A program made the translations under genes and the position numbers. A DNA stretch of 63,355 nt, filler included, from Conidiobolus incongruus B7586 (Eukaryota): assembly GCA_000697335.1 (NCBI GenBank). It is 18 parts of 18 records of this genome, joined end to end, with 100 filler letters (N's around TTAATTAATTAA, not from the genome) between each part and the next. Parts side by side here need not be neighbours in the genome. Positions count along the whole stretch, not along the records: positions 1 to 5,767 come from JNEM01005756.1; positions 5,868 to 7,191 come from JNEM01005757.1; positions 7,292 to 8,394 come from JNEM01005765.1; positions 8,495 to 10,210 come from JNEM01005766.1; positions 10,311 to 13,712 come from JNEM01005767.1; 13 more parts are not named here. One strand, 5' to 3'. The notes beneath the pieces are model-generated. The model was not told the DNA's origin. It ran no database searches and saw only the letters and a program-made list of their open reading frames with translations. This document shows, one piece after another, positions 1 to 12,759 of the stretch. Numbering within the stretch: the first letter of the stretch is position 1; every line of letters starts with the position of its first letter.

Positions 1-1896
1 TAATTATTAAAATATTAATTTTAATTAAATTATTATAAAATTAATAATATTTAAAATTTATTTTATATTATTTAAATTTTGACAGGTAAAATTATGATTT
101 CATAATTTTAAAAAAAAACTTATTTTATATTAATAATTTGCATAAAATTTAAACCATTAAAATAGTTATTTTATAAATTATGCTGCATTGTTTAACAAAA
201 ATTTAATCAATCAATATTTTAGATTTAAATAATATTAATATACATATGTAGTATTATACTGGATTCTTCAATTATTAAGTAATTATTAAATATGAGCATT
301 TTATTATTATTACTATTTATTATATATTTTAAGAAAAATAGTGATTCAAATCTATTTAGATAATTGATTTTAATAATATATATGTTAATAACATTATTGT
401 ATATTTTGCGAAATATATATTTCACTAAAATCATATTATACCTTTGCTGATATTAATTTTATATTCTATCAATTATTTTTATTTATTTATGTATTAAGTA
501 TCAAATATTATTCAAAAACTCTTTTATTTGATTAATATTTAGTGCCATTTTAATTTAATATCCGGAAAAATTACAAAATTATAAAATTATTCAGATTATC
601 AAATAAAAGATTTTTATAGAATACAATTGATCTGATGTGAATTGAAGGTTATTTATTATAATTATAATAATTTCAAATTATCCAAACTTGTTTACAAAAT
701 AATTATTTTTTTTTCAAGATATTGCCATGAAATAATATTATAGCAATTTAAATCAATGTATTGATTAATATATGGATCAAATATTTTGATTTAATAATGG
801 AGATATATATTTTTAAAAAATGTAGCAAATATAAATATATATATCCAAATATCAAATAAATTGTCAGGCTGAATTAATATTACATTCTTCTGAACTGATT
901 GGGACTATTAATCCAAAATTACTGAATTATTATTATTAAGTCCTAATCAAAGCTTTTATATGATAGAAATGAACTATATGATCTAATATCATTCTAAAAT
1001 AATCTAATACCATTCATTTAGCTTTTTGCTTGCTATAATAATAATTTTATTATAATCATCAATTGTGATAATAAATTTGAAAATCATTTTAAAATTTTAT
1101 CTGCATTTTTATTCTTATTAACTTTATTTAATTTTATTTTTTAGATAACAAAGAATGATTATCTTGACTTTAAGCCTCTCTTTTTTATATTTTTTTTATT
1201 ATCATTATAAAATTTTAACCAATAAAATTTATTCTTTTTAATTTAAATTATAATTTGAATTTTTTTGAAAAAAAAAATAAATTTATTAATAAATTTTAAT
1301 TAATTTATTAAATTATAATTTTTAACATTATTATTTTTAATTTGAATTTTTATACTTATTTTTATTTAATTAAGTATTAAGTATAATATATATAATGAGT
1401 ACTTAGTATTTGAACCTGTACGTTAATAATGATTAGAGCATTTTATTATACAGTAATTTGATAAAATTTAAATTCTTAAGATTTGATATTATTTGTTAAA
1501 GAATTTTTCTTTATTGTGTTTAAATTGTTAAATATTATGCAACATTGAAATTCAGTTTTCATTATAAATTAGGCGGTCACTGGGCGGATGATAATAGATG
1601 AAAATTTTGAGATTGATGGGGTGTTGGCAATATCACTCTCGCTACTACTGTAATACTTAAATTAATTGGCGCATAATATTTACAAATGGGGGTTGATACA
1701 TTTTGAAAATATAAATACATGGATGAATTCACTGTGATAAATAAGTACATCACTCTACCTTAGCTATAAAGGATTGGGTCTTCTGTATAAGTGTTTTCTA
1801 TTTTATCCTCTCCCTTCCCATTTGCAGATTTTTTTCTAGTTTTTAAAATTGATTATATATTGTACTTTTTGTAAAGTTTTCATTTAATTGATAATC

Positions 1897-2706
1897 ATGT
1901 TAACTAAAAACTTTGTCGCTTTATTAATGATTTTGATTCAAATGGGTCCATCAGTGGCTCATAACGGTGAAAATCATCAAGTTCAAACTCTCGCTGGTTC
2001 TGTAACCAAGCCAAACACATCTCCTACGAAAATTCTCAAATGTGTCCGTAAACGCAAGGCTGCTATTCCTGCTCCTACTCCTTCTGCTCCTGTTTCCCCT
2101 CGTGCAGATGTTATGGAAGAACCCAAACCTGCAGTCAATGAAGAAATTCCAACTAAGGCCGAATCAGCTCCTCAAATTGTTGAAAAGGAAGCCCCTGCTG
2201 CTGAATCAAGCGAAGAAGAGAAAGAGGATAGAATGGAAATCCCAGAGGCGAAACCAGAGCCAGAATCAGAACCTGAACAAAAACCTGAAACGCCAGCTCC
2301 AGGTTCCAGTGCTCCTCAAACCCCAGCTATGGATCCTCGATATAAGCCAGAAGATGTATTGAAAGAAATTAATGGAATCCGTGCTCAGCATGGCAAGAGT
2401 CCCTTACAACTTAGTCCCGCTCTCAATAGAGAAGCTTACGATCAAGCCAAATATCAAGCTGAAATCAAAAAAATGACACATGATCGTCCTAATGGTGCTA
2501 CTATACGTGATAATTTAATTAAACTTGGATTTGAACCTGGCAGTCTTGCAGAGAACGCAGCTGCTGGAACTTATACAAGTCATGATGCTGTCAATGCTTG
2601 GAATGGCTCAGCACCTCACTTGGAAAATATGCTTGGAGACTACAAATACATGGGATCAGGCATGGTTGATGGGTATGCCACTACAGTATTTGCAAATCAC
2701 GCCTAA
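1897..2706 (+). CDS. Secreted CAP/SCP (PR-1/allergen V5-like) protein with Pro/Glu/Ala-rich linker
   Basis: ATG at 1897 (the ORF track starts at an upstream TTG). Hydrophobic signal peptide, low-complexity P/E/A stalk, then a C-terminal CAP domain: VLKEINGIRAQHGKSPL, MTHD, LAENAAAG, AVNAWNGSAPHLENMLG, YMGSG. Confidence 0.9.
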   Translation: MLTKNFVALLMILIQMGPSVAHNGENHQVQTLAGSVTKPNTSPTKILKCVRKRKAAIPAPTPSAPVSPRADVMEEPKPAVNEEIPTKAESAPQIVEKEAPAAESSEEEKEDRMEIPEAKPEPESEPEQKPETPAPGSSAPQTPAMDPRYKPEDVLKEINGIRAQHGKSPLQLSPALNREAYDQAKYQAEIKKMTHDRPNGATIRDNLIKLGFEPGSLAENAAAGTYTSHDAVNAWNGSAPHLENMLGDYKYMGSGMVDGYATTVFANHA

Positions 2707-4523
2707 TTCGCGAAATTCATTAAACTATAATCAAGGTCCTGCACATGAAATTGATGTTCACACAATAGTTGTATAACCCGCTTTAATTTAATTATTTTTT
2801 AATATAAATATTTTGAAGAATATTTATCAATATAACGAAGGATTCAATATTCAAACAATCTTCTAACCTTTATTAATTTAATATAATTTAATAATTTAAT
2901 AAAACTAACTGACATATAGTAAAATTATTATATTAATTTTAATTTTATTAATCTTTTTCCTTAATAATTGCCATGAATAATTTAATCAAAATTTAACATC
3001 AAATGTGATATTATTTAATCTTGTTAATTGTAAATAATTTTGCGACCCTTAATTTGCAAATAGTTTTAAAGCGCCTTTTATATTTAACATTTTCTATTGC
3101 ATAAAAATTAATGTTAACTGAATTTATTCAGATTCTTGTTATTATCAATGTTAATATACATATTTTTTAGATTAAAGATTAATATTTCAAATTATTCCGT
3201 TAATTAATTTTATTATAATAAAGATATATTTTGTTAATTTAATTTGAAATTATTATTTTAAATAATAAATTGAATTTATATTAGAGAAAAAAAATTTTTT
3301 TTATTATTTGGACTAATATTTGCATGTATTATACTAAAATATGAATTAATATAGTTAATTTAGGAATCAACTTTAAAATGAGTAGATTAGATTGATATTT
3401 TTACATAACAATTCTTAAATATTACAAGTTTATATTGATATCAATTTTTTTAATAATATTCATTTTTAATTATTGATATCTGATATTCTCTCAATTGAAA
3501 AAAATTGAACTAAAATCATAATCATTACGTTATATTATATCAATATAGAGATAATATAATAATAATATAAGAACTGATCATAACTATTCACTTAGTTTTT
3601 TATATAAATGGATAATATATTTACTATAATTTTTCAAAATAAAATTATTTATAAGATATATATTTTAATATTTTTTAGATTTAATATAATGTTTTGCTTA
3701 ATTTTAATATCAATTTTGATAAAAAAAATTGAAATCAATATAAATTAATTTATTTATATAATAAATTTTATATATTAATCACAATCGATTATAGTATTGG
3801 ATCCAAACCAATTACTAAATAGATTAATATATTAATACTTGTTATATTATTGACAATTAGATTATAATGGCTATTATATTAAAAGTAATTTACTTTTTTA
3901 TCTGAAATTCTTTTAATAATATAAAAATTGACAAAAATTATTGAATTTTTTTATTATATAATCACTCAAATCTTAATTAATTTATATTCAATTTTGATAG
4001 AAAAACCTTTGGATTATTAGCTTTATTTAATATAAATTTTTTATAAAATAGTAAAAATAAATAAATTTATAAACAAAATAATTTATTTTAATTATTGAAT
4101 ATAATTTTATTGGGGAAAATATATTTATAAAAATTTAATAACGAATAATATATAATCTTTTGTATCCTCGCCATTGTAAGTATTGGTTTGTTATTGATAT
4201 ATGTGTCATAACATTGACAGTATTTGAAGTACTAGTTTATATTGGTTTATAGAATGAAATATAAAATATTGACTAATTTGATATTTCTTTTTTCATCAAT
4301 ATTTTTTTAAAAATATCTAAAGCACATTTTATACCAAGTGAAAAATTAAAATATTTTTTTAATGTATACAGAGGATTTATAGAAGATATTGAATATATAT
4401 AATAAAATAAATATTAAATGAATTATATAAAAGGATGTATGAGATCTGTAATTGCATCATTTGATCCTAATTATGAAAAGAGAAAATTATATGAATTAAA
4501 TAATTTATATATTCCCAAGTTGG

Positions 4524-4595
4524 GCGCCAGTAGTATAATGGTTAGAATACTCGCCTTCCAAGCAAGTGGTCTGGGTTCGATTCCCAGCTGGCGCA
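4524..4595 (+). tRNA. tRNA-Gly (anticodon TCC), intronless
   Basis: Acceptor stem GCGCCAG/CTGGCGC + A, D-loop TGG, anticodon loop CT-TCC-AA, T-arm CTGGG-TTCGATT-CCCAG, T-tracts downstream. One C.A mismatch in the anticodon stem. Confidence 0.93.
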
Positions 4596-5767
4596 TTTGA
4601 TCTAATTTTATTTTCCCTTTTTTCTCTTATCATTTATCAAAATTCTCCTTTTTTGACCAAATGAATAATCCAAGTATGAATAAATTTTTTTAGGAATTAT
4701 TGTTAAAACCACTTCTTACTTTTTAATATCAAATATTATTATTCTATACTATATAGTACAAAATTTCTTCAAGCTATTTTAATATTAATTATACAATAGT
4801 ATACTGTAATAACTAAATTTATGACTATTAAATGTTCAATAAATTTGAGAAAAATATGAATGGATATCAAATTAGAAATCGGAGTTAATTGAAAATCAAG
4901 TTTATTGAATAAAATACATAATAAAAAGATCAAAAAACAAAATGGTTTTATATTTTATCTAATTATTTAATAAAAAATGTTAATTATTCATTTATTTAAT
5001 ATTAGAATATTATCTTATTTGTTCTGAGTTGAAGTCAATTTTAATTTGAGTCCGAAATTAAATTAGTTTCCACCGTATTAATTTCATTAATATCTCTGTT
5101 ATAGATTTGTAGTTCAATATAAATTTTTATTATATCTGCTTTGATTTTAAGTTATAATAAATATACATTACATCATAATATTAATCAATCGTAATGTATC
5201 AAGTTTGCCTAGTAAACTTAAATATATATATATATATATACCGAGTAATAAATAAAATTTCAATTCAGAATAAAGAATTAATTTCAATGAATTGTAAAAC
5301 TTAAAGATTTATATTATGTAGGACTATTAAGAACAATAATCAAATAAAATCCCTGATAAAATATAAATAACTCACTATTTTTAGTATTCCAAATTTTTAT
5401 TTTTATTCCATACAGATTTGCTTAAAATTTATCAACTTTATTTAACACTAATGAAATTACAAACTTAATTCTAAGGATAAAATTTATATTATAATTTCAT
5501 TAAATTTTTCAAAATTTTATTAAAATTTAATTGTTTTTTTAAATTAAACCATTATTTATATTAATAAACATCAGAATTGGTCTCAGTTATTAATTATTAA
5601 ATATTAATTATATTTATAATGAAATAAATTATAAATTTAGTTTTAATTATATAAATTAATAAACTTGATATATTTAAATATATATAATTTGATCTGTTAT
5701 AATATATTATACTTTATTAATATTCAATATCCTTGATATTTTGAAATTAAAATGTCAATTATATTAT

Positions 5768-5867
5768 NNNNNNNNNNNNNNNNNNNNNNNNNNNNNNNNN
5801 NNNNNNNNNNNTTAATTAATTAANNNNNNNNNNNNNNNNNNNNNNNNNNNNNNNNNNNNNNNNNNNN
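5768..5867. other. Artificial scaffold gap: N-run + TTAATTAATTAA six-frame-stop linker + N-run (first of 17)
   Basis: Identical 100-nt construct starts at 5768, 7192, 8395, 10211, 13713, 15227, 16789, 22755, 24199, 37886, 41525, 51509, 53320, 54469, 55996, 59483 and 61019. Confidence 0.97.
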
Positions 5868-7191
5868 CTTTACTTAAGATGAGTTATAAATTTGTAGGTT
5901 TATAAGTTAAAGGGGTATAAATAACAAAACTTATATATATCTTTTTTTTTCTTTTGTTATATTATTTATATTATAAAACTATTAAGCTAATATTTTAAAA
6001 TTAATATTATAATGTTTAAATCTCTCTATAAAAAAGTTCACTTATATATTAAATAACTTTATAATAAAAATAAATTAACTTATAAGATTACTAGAATTAC
6101 TAGTGTTAGTTAATCTACTATAGCTAGGGTTATTAAGAATAATGTTAAAAAAACACCTAAACTAAAACTTAAGTTTAATAAAATTATAGATAAGTATGAT
6201 AAAAAATATATTTATAGATTAGTTAGTATAGGTAAATATAATATTATTATAGAAGTATAACAAGAATTATAAAATTATATAGAATATTAATTAATACTAA
6301 TATTATTATATATGTTTTATATTAGAATAGATATTACTTACACCTTAAGAAAAAACACTCCTAACTAAAGAAATCCCATTATAAAGTTAGGTGGGAGTTT
6401 AAATGTCAATATTAAAGTTAAACTGAAATTAACTAGAGTAAAGTTATTTAGTTTAATAAAACAAAGATATATCTTAATAAATTTAATAAAAGAGTTAGAT
6501 GTTTTAAAAAAGATAAAAAACTACTTTATAACCATTATGTTATTATAACCCAAAAATATAATAATAGGTTTATTATAGTTTAGGGATATATGTTATCTTT
6601 AGGTATAAGGTATCTTTATAAGGTTAATAGGGGAATTAATACTAAAATATATTAAATTATTCTAAATAATAAATTGAAAAAACTATTAAATGATATAGAT
6701 TAAAGAAATCAAATATTATTTTCTAATAAGATAATATACCTTATTATACTACAAATTTTATTATTTAATATCTTAAAAATAACAAAATAACTATTATAAA
6801 ATAGCATCCTTAATCTTTTAATCTTAACCTAATTGAATATCTTTAGGATTAACTAAAAAAATCAATTAAAGCTTTCCCTCTAGCAAAAAATTTAAATCAA
6901 CTTTAAGAGTATATTCAAGAAGCTTGGAATAATATTAGCCTTGTTTAATATAAGAAGCTAGTTAACTCTATACCCTACAAACTTAAAGAAATTAAAAAAG
7001 CAAAAAATAGATATACTAGATATTAATTTTTCTATCAATACTAAAACTTACAAATTTAAAACTTATCTTAAGTATACTTTTAGTTTTAATATATCAATTA
7101 ATAAATAATTAAATTTAACTTTATATATAATATTATAAAGAAAAAATATATATTAATTACATAGTTTAATATAAGTTTATTTAAATTAGAA
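5868..7191 (+). mobile_element. Tc1 (DD34E) transposon relic, subfamily A, ends lost in gaps
   Basis: Inner repeat GATGAGTTATAAATTTGTAGG near 5878 and its inverse near 7045-7070. ATG retained at 6012. Degenerate W-P-x-Q-S-P-D-L-N-P-I-E at ~6800-6837 (TAG CAT CCT TAA TCT TTT AAT CTT AAC CTA ATT GAA). Collinear with the 11187 copy. Confidence 0.9.
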
Positions 7192-7291
7192 NNNNNNNNN
7201 NNNNNNNNNNNNNNNNNNNNNNNNNNNNNNNNNNNTTAATTAATTAANNNNNNNNNNNNNNNNNNNNNNNNNNNNNNNNNNNNNNNNNNNN

Positions 7292-8394
7292 TATTAAAAT
7301 ACTTAAATCCCTTTTTAAAAAGATTCACTTGTATATTAATCAACTCTATAATAAAGGTAAATCAACTTGTGAGATTATTGGAATTACTAGTGTTAGTTAG
7401 TTTATTATAACTAAAGCTATTAAAAATTATGGTAAGGATATATCTAAACCTAAACTTAAACATACTAGGATTATAAATAAATATAATGAAAGGTATATTT
7501 ATAGGTTAGTTAATATAAGTAAATATAATATTATTATAGAAGTATAGAAAGAATTACAAGACTATATATGAATATTAGTTAGTATTAATACTATTATATA
7601 TACTTTATATTATAATAGATATCACTTACATTTTAAGAAAAAACATCCTCAACTAAAAAAGTCCTATTATAAAGTTAGGTAAAAGTTTAAATATTATTAT
7701 TAAAGTTGAATTAAAACTAATTAGAGTAAGGTTATTTAATTTAATAAAACAAAAGTATATTATAGTAGATTTAATAAAAAAGCTAGATGTTTTAGAAAAA
7801 ACAAAGAACTACTTTATAACTATTATATTATTTTAACCTAAAAATAAAATAATGGGTGAATTATAATTTAAGAATATATGTTATCTTTTGGTATAAGGTA
7901 TCTTTATAAAATTAATAAGGGAATTAATGTTCAAATATACTAAAATATTCTAAACAATAAATTAAAAAAAATTATTAAATAATATAGGTTAAATAAATCA
8001 GATGTTATTTTTTAACAAGATAATTCCTTTTGCTATATTACTATTTTTACTACCAAATAGTTCAAAAATAATAAAATAATAGTTATAAAGTAGTTTTTTT
8101 AATCTTTTAACTTTAATTTAATTAAATACCTTTAGGATTAGTTAAAAAAATTAGTTAAAGCTTTCCCACTAGCAAAAAATTTAAATAAACTTTAGGAATA
8201 TATTTAAGAAGCTTAAAACAAAATTAATCCTTCTTAATATAAGAAGTTAATTAACTCTATATCCTATAAACTTAAGGAAGTTAGGAAAGCAAAAAGTAAA
8301 TATACTAAGTTTTAATTTTCTTTCCATAACCAAAATATATAAATTTATAACTTATCTTAGGTAAAATTTAAATTTTAATATATCAACTAAAAGT
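7292..8394 (+). mobile_element. Tc1 (DD34E) transposon relic, subfamily B
   Basis: Collinear with the 11519-12600 part of the full-length copy; F*QDN and degenerate WP..SPDLNPIE motifs; right inner repeat near 8335-8360. Confidence 0.9.
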
Positions 8395-8997
8395 NNNNNN
8401 NNNNNNNNNNNNNNNNNNNNNNNNNNNNNNNNNNNNNNTTAATTAATTAANNNNNNNNNNNNNNNNNNNNNNNNNNNNNNNNNNNNNNNNNNNNAATCAT
8501 AAAACTTTTATATCTTTGATTTTTGCTTGTATTTTTTACGCAATCAATAATTCTAGTTATTTTATATTCTTAAATATTAATTGATTTATAAAATTTTGAT
8601 TTTATGGTTTTATTAATTATATTAAGCATTAATTTTAATTATATATAATATATTTAAGTATTTAACTTTAAATCGAATTAATAAAACAATTATTTAATTC
8701 AAATAAAATTATAATTTTTTGGATATTTTCTTAATTTTTTTATAATCATAATAGTGATATTAAATTTAATTTATTAAATTTCAATAATTTCCAATTTATC
8801 TTGAAAATAACAAATCTAATAATATAAACTCATTTAAAATAAAACATTACCTTGATTATTAGTTTATATATCTTAAATAACTTCAAATGATTTTTAGCTA
8901 AGTTTTGATAATATTGAAATTTAGGACTATAGAAATATTACTTTATAATTTAAATAATGGGAATTTTGTAATTGAAAAATATAGATATTTTGATATA

Positions 8998-10210
8998 TAG
9001 AATATAAAAATAAATAGATAAAATGAAATTAATAATTTTTTTTATTTTTAATAACTTTTTGCCATATTTTTAACTAAGTTATAATATTAAAAAAATATTT
9101 TATTAAAAATTAAAATTTGATGTTTTAAAAATCAATTAAATTTTTTTCCTATAAGCTAGTTTTTTAATTATCTAAAATAATTTTAATCACATAAGTTATA
9201 ATCTAAGGAATATATTAAATATAGTAGTTTCTTCCAGTTATTTTTGATTAGAAAGTTTTTTATAGTTATAACTTTAAGTATTTTATAATTATTATACAAA
9301 ATAATAAATATTTTTAAACTTTATTAAAAATAATAATTAAAAATAATTTTATTTATAAAACTAATATAAAGTTTGTTATTAATTGATTTCCTTATAAAAA
9401 TTAAATAAGTATAACATATATTATTATCATCTATTATAATAATTAAAATTTATTTATCAACCAAGTACTTATATAAAAGAATCTATAAAAGTGGTTGATT
9501 TCGTTTAATTTAACATCTTGATTTATATTTTAGAAAAAAATAATATAAGAATACCTAAAATTCATCAATTTCAATAATTTTTTATAAAAACCTTGGTTTC
9601 TAGCTATATCTTAGTAAGTTTTTTTAATAATAACCATTTTATTTTTTTTAAAATTAAGTTAAATTATAAGTTATCTATTTTATATTTTTTAATTAAATTT
9701 AATTTAAACTTTAATATATATATAAATTATTTATATAAACAATATTAAAATACCTTGATGATTTATTTATTAAAATTAAAAGATATTTTTGTAATATAAT
9801 TTTTTACTATATTAATAATTATAAAAGTAATAGTTAAAATTAATTTTTAAATATTAATATGTTTTAGATAATTTTGTTCTTAGCTTTAAAATAATTTATC
9901 TAGTGATAAATTATTAATTTAAATAAAATTTCATTATCAAAAGCTACTTATAAATTTTGATAACTTTAGAGGGTTTATGGTTAAGTTTTATTAATACTAA
10001 AATAAAAGATTTTAGATAATTATTATTTAATTTAAATATAATTAAATTAACTAATAAATTTTAAAAGATTAATTTTTTAATTAAAAAAATATAATATTTA
10101 TAATTCGAAATTATGTAATTTCTTGTTTGTTTTGTATTTTTCTTTTATTTGATATTGATAATAAATTTGAAAAATCAAAAATTAAAAAATTTCTTATTTT
10201 TTCAATTTTA
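8998..10210 (-). mobile_element. mariner-type (DD34D) transposon relic
   Basis: Minus strand reads KIIEIDEF*V (~9570-9545; mariner RIVTGDEKW), then IILYNNYK...FLIKNNWKKLLYLIYSLDYNLCD (~9305-9187). Reverting C->T/G->A gives IILHDNC...NWEELPH..YSPDYNLCD, with 34 residues between the 2nd and 3rd D. Boundaries approximate; 5' end runs into a gap. Confidence 0.75.
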
Positions 10211-11186
10211 NNNNNNNNNNNNNNNNNNNNNNNNNNNNNNNNNNNNNNNNNNNNTTAATTAATTAANNNNNNNNNNNNNNNNNNNNNNNNNNNNNNNNNN
10301 NNNNNNNNNNTTTAATTAAATTAATTTAAATATATATGAATATTTGTGATATATGTTAAATAAATAGTTATAATACCTAATTAAAATAAAATAAACCTAT
10401 TCTTTTATAAGTTTTGAATAAAACTTTATAAGTAACCTAAACTCATTTAATATAAATTCATAAATTAATAAAAAATATTGATAATTTAATAATTTTTATT
10501 AATTTATTCTCTTAATATATTAGTTTTATTCTTTAATTCAAAACTTTTATATTTAAAAATATGATATAATGATTTTTTCTAATATCTCTACTTATTATAA
10601 AATTTCTCAAACTATTATATTTAATATAAAATATAATCCAATTATTATTTTTAAAAGTTATTATCTTTTTCCCTTAAGATAAATTTAATTATTTTTAAAT
10701 TTAATTAATATTAAATTAATATATTTATTAAAAGAAATATTAAAACCTTAAAAGAAATGATTAAAGATTATATATATATTAATTATTTAAATTAAGATAT
10801 TTATTTATATTAACTTTAACCATTTAATACATTTTTAAACAATTCATTAGGTTTTAACAATTATTTTATTGAATATAATCAATATTTTAATTTAATAATT
10901 ATCCTGAAATTTTGAATTAATTTATTTTTGAATATTATTAAATTTTAATCTACTATTAGATATATTAATGTTTTCATTAAATTTAACTTGGAAGAAAATT
11001 AAATTATTAAATAATAGCAATATTTAAAACTATTTTAAAATCCTTTTAAATATAAAATTAGTATATTTATTGATCAAAAATCATTTACTTATAAATTTAT
11101 ATTACTTAAATTTAACTTTTATCTAAAATATCTTTTATTTAATTATATTTTTTATAAGATTTTATTAATTTGAATTTTTGAAAATA

Positions 11187-12759
11187 CACTAGCCTATAAA
11201 AGTTAGTCATAAAATTAAAATCACTTTTATATTTACCTATAACTTAAATAATTCTTAACTAAATTAATTTAAATAAAAGTATATAATTAAGATATATTAC
11301 CTGATTATAATAGGTTATATTTAATTATATTTAATATAATATTGGTTAATATATTAAATCTGAAATTTTAAATAGGATGTGTCATAAATTTGTGGGATTA
11401 GGAGTTAAAAGGGTATATAAAACCAAAATTACTTAAATCCTTTTTTTTATTTAATTATATATATATATACTAATATTAATATTTTTAAATTATTATTTTA
11501 AATAATATTAGTATTAAAATACCTAAATCCCTTTAAAAAAATTCACTTGAATATTAATCAACTCTATAATAAAGGTAAACCAACTTATGAAATTACTAAT
11601 TACTAGTTCTAGCTAGTTTATTATAGCTAAAGCTGTAAAAAATTATGATAAGGATATATTTAAATCTAAACTTGGGTGTGCTAGGATTATAGATAAATAT
11701 GATAAAAGGTATGTTTATAAGTTGGTTAATACAAGTAAATATAATATTGCTATAAAAATACAGAAAGAATTATAAGACTATATAATAATATTAGTTAGTA
11801 CTAATACTATTATACATATTTTATATTATAATAGATACCACTTATATTTCAAGAAAAAACACCCTTAACTAAAGAAGTCCTATTGTAAAGCTAGGCAGGA
11901 GTTTAAATATCATTATTGAAATTCAACTAAAACTAATTAGAGTAAAGTTATTTAGTTTAATGAAGCAAAAATATACCTTAGTAGATCTAATAGAAAAGCT
12001 AGATATTTCAGAAAAAACAAAAAACTAATTTATGACCAATATGTTATTTCAACCCAAAAATATCATGGTGGGTTAATTATAGTTTAGGTATGTATATTAT
12101 CATCTAGTATAGGGTATCTTGGTAAAGTTAATGGTGGAATTAGTATTGAAAGATATTAAAATATTCTAAACAATGAATTAAAAGAACTATTGAATAGTAT
12201 AGGTTAAATAAATCATATGTTATTTTCTAACAAGATAATATCCCTTATTATATTATTATATCTACTACCAAATGGTTTAAAAATAATAAAATAACAATTA
12301 TGAAGTGGCCTTCTTAATCCCCTAACTTTAATCCAATTGAATACCATTAGGATCAGTTAAAAAAACAATTAAAGCTTTCCCATTAGCAAAAAATTTAAAT
12401 GAGCTTTGGGAATATATTTAAGAAGCTTGCAATAAAATTAATCCTTCCTAATATAAGAGGTTAGTTGACTCTATACCCCATATATTTAAGGAAGTTAAAA
12501 AAGCAAAAGGTAGATATACTAAGTTTTAATTTTTTTTCAATACCCAAAATACACAAATTTATAACTCATCCTAGGTAAAATTTAAATTTTAATATATAAA
12601 CTAAAAGTTAAGATAATTGGATCAAATATACTTAATTATAAATAAATAATTTAGGTTTATTATACATTTTAATTTAAATTTATTGGATTAAGAATTAACA
12701 GATTTATTGATAATAATATATATAATAATAGTTTTATAACTCATTTTTGTAGGCCAGTG
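11187..12759 (+). mobile_element. Full-length Tc1-family element (1573 bp), subfamily B, TA target-site duplication
   Basis: TA at 11185-86 and 12760-61. ~28-bp TIRs: left CACTAGCCTATAAAAGTTAGTCATAAAA; right (reverse complement) CACTGGCCTACAAAAATGAGTTATAAAA. Inner repeats at ~11375-11396 and 12551-12571. Confidence 0.95.
11519..12529 (+). pseudogene. Tc1 DD34E transposase pseudogene (~337 codons)
   Basis: Start ATG->ATA (M-P-K-S-L). Motifs VI*FNEAK (VIWSDEAK), HGGLIIV* (HGG.IMVW), F*QDN and KWPS*SPNFNPIE, with exactly 34 residues between D and E; C-terminal KAKGRYTKF*. Confidence 0.92.

Noticed and set aside
225..434. Short I/N/K/F/Y-rich ORFs (also 19402, 20601, 26463, 35728)
   Set aside because: Composition simply mirrors AT-rich noncoding DNA; no motifs.
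2042..2776. Alternative-frame and antisense ORFs over real genes (also 17860, 26700, 27479, 27752, 30798, 34345, 34620, 34648, 35088, 35092, 36669, 36869, 37245, 37354, 49147, 61995)
   Set aside because: Shadow ORFs produced by biased codon usage of the overlapping gene; no independent evidence.
4418..4600. 60-aa ORF
   Set aside because: Its 3' part is the tRNA-Gly gene read as codons.
5812..5823. TTAATTAATTAA repeated 17 times with spacers, superficially CRISPR-like
   Set aside because: Always centred in a fixed 100-nt N gap; it is a six-frame-stop scaffolding linker, not biology.
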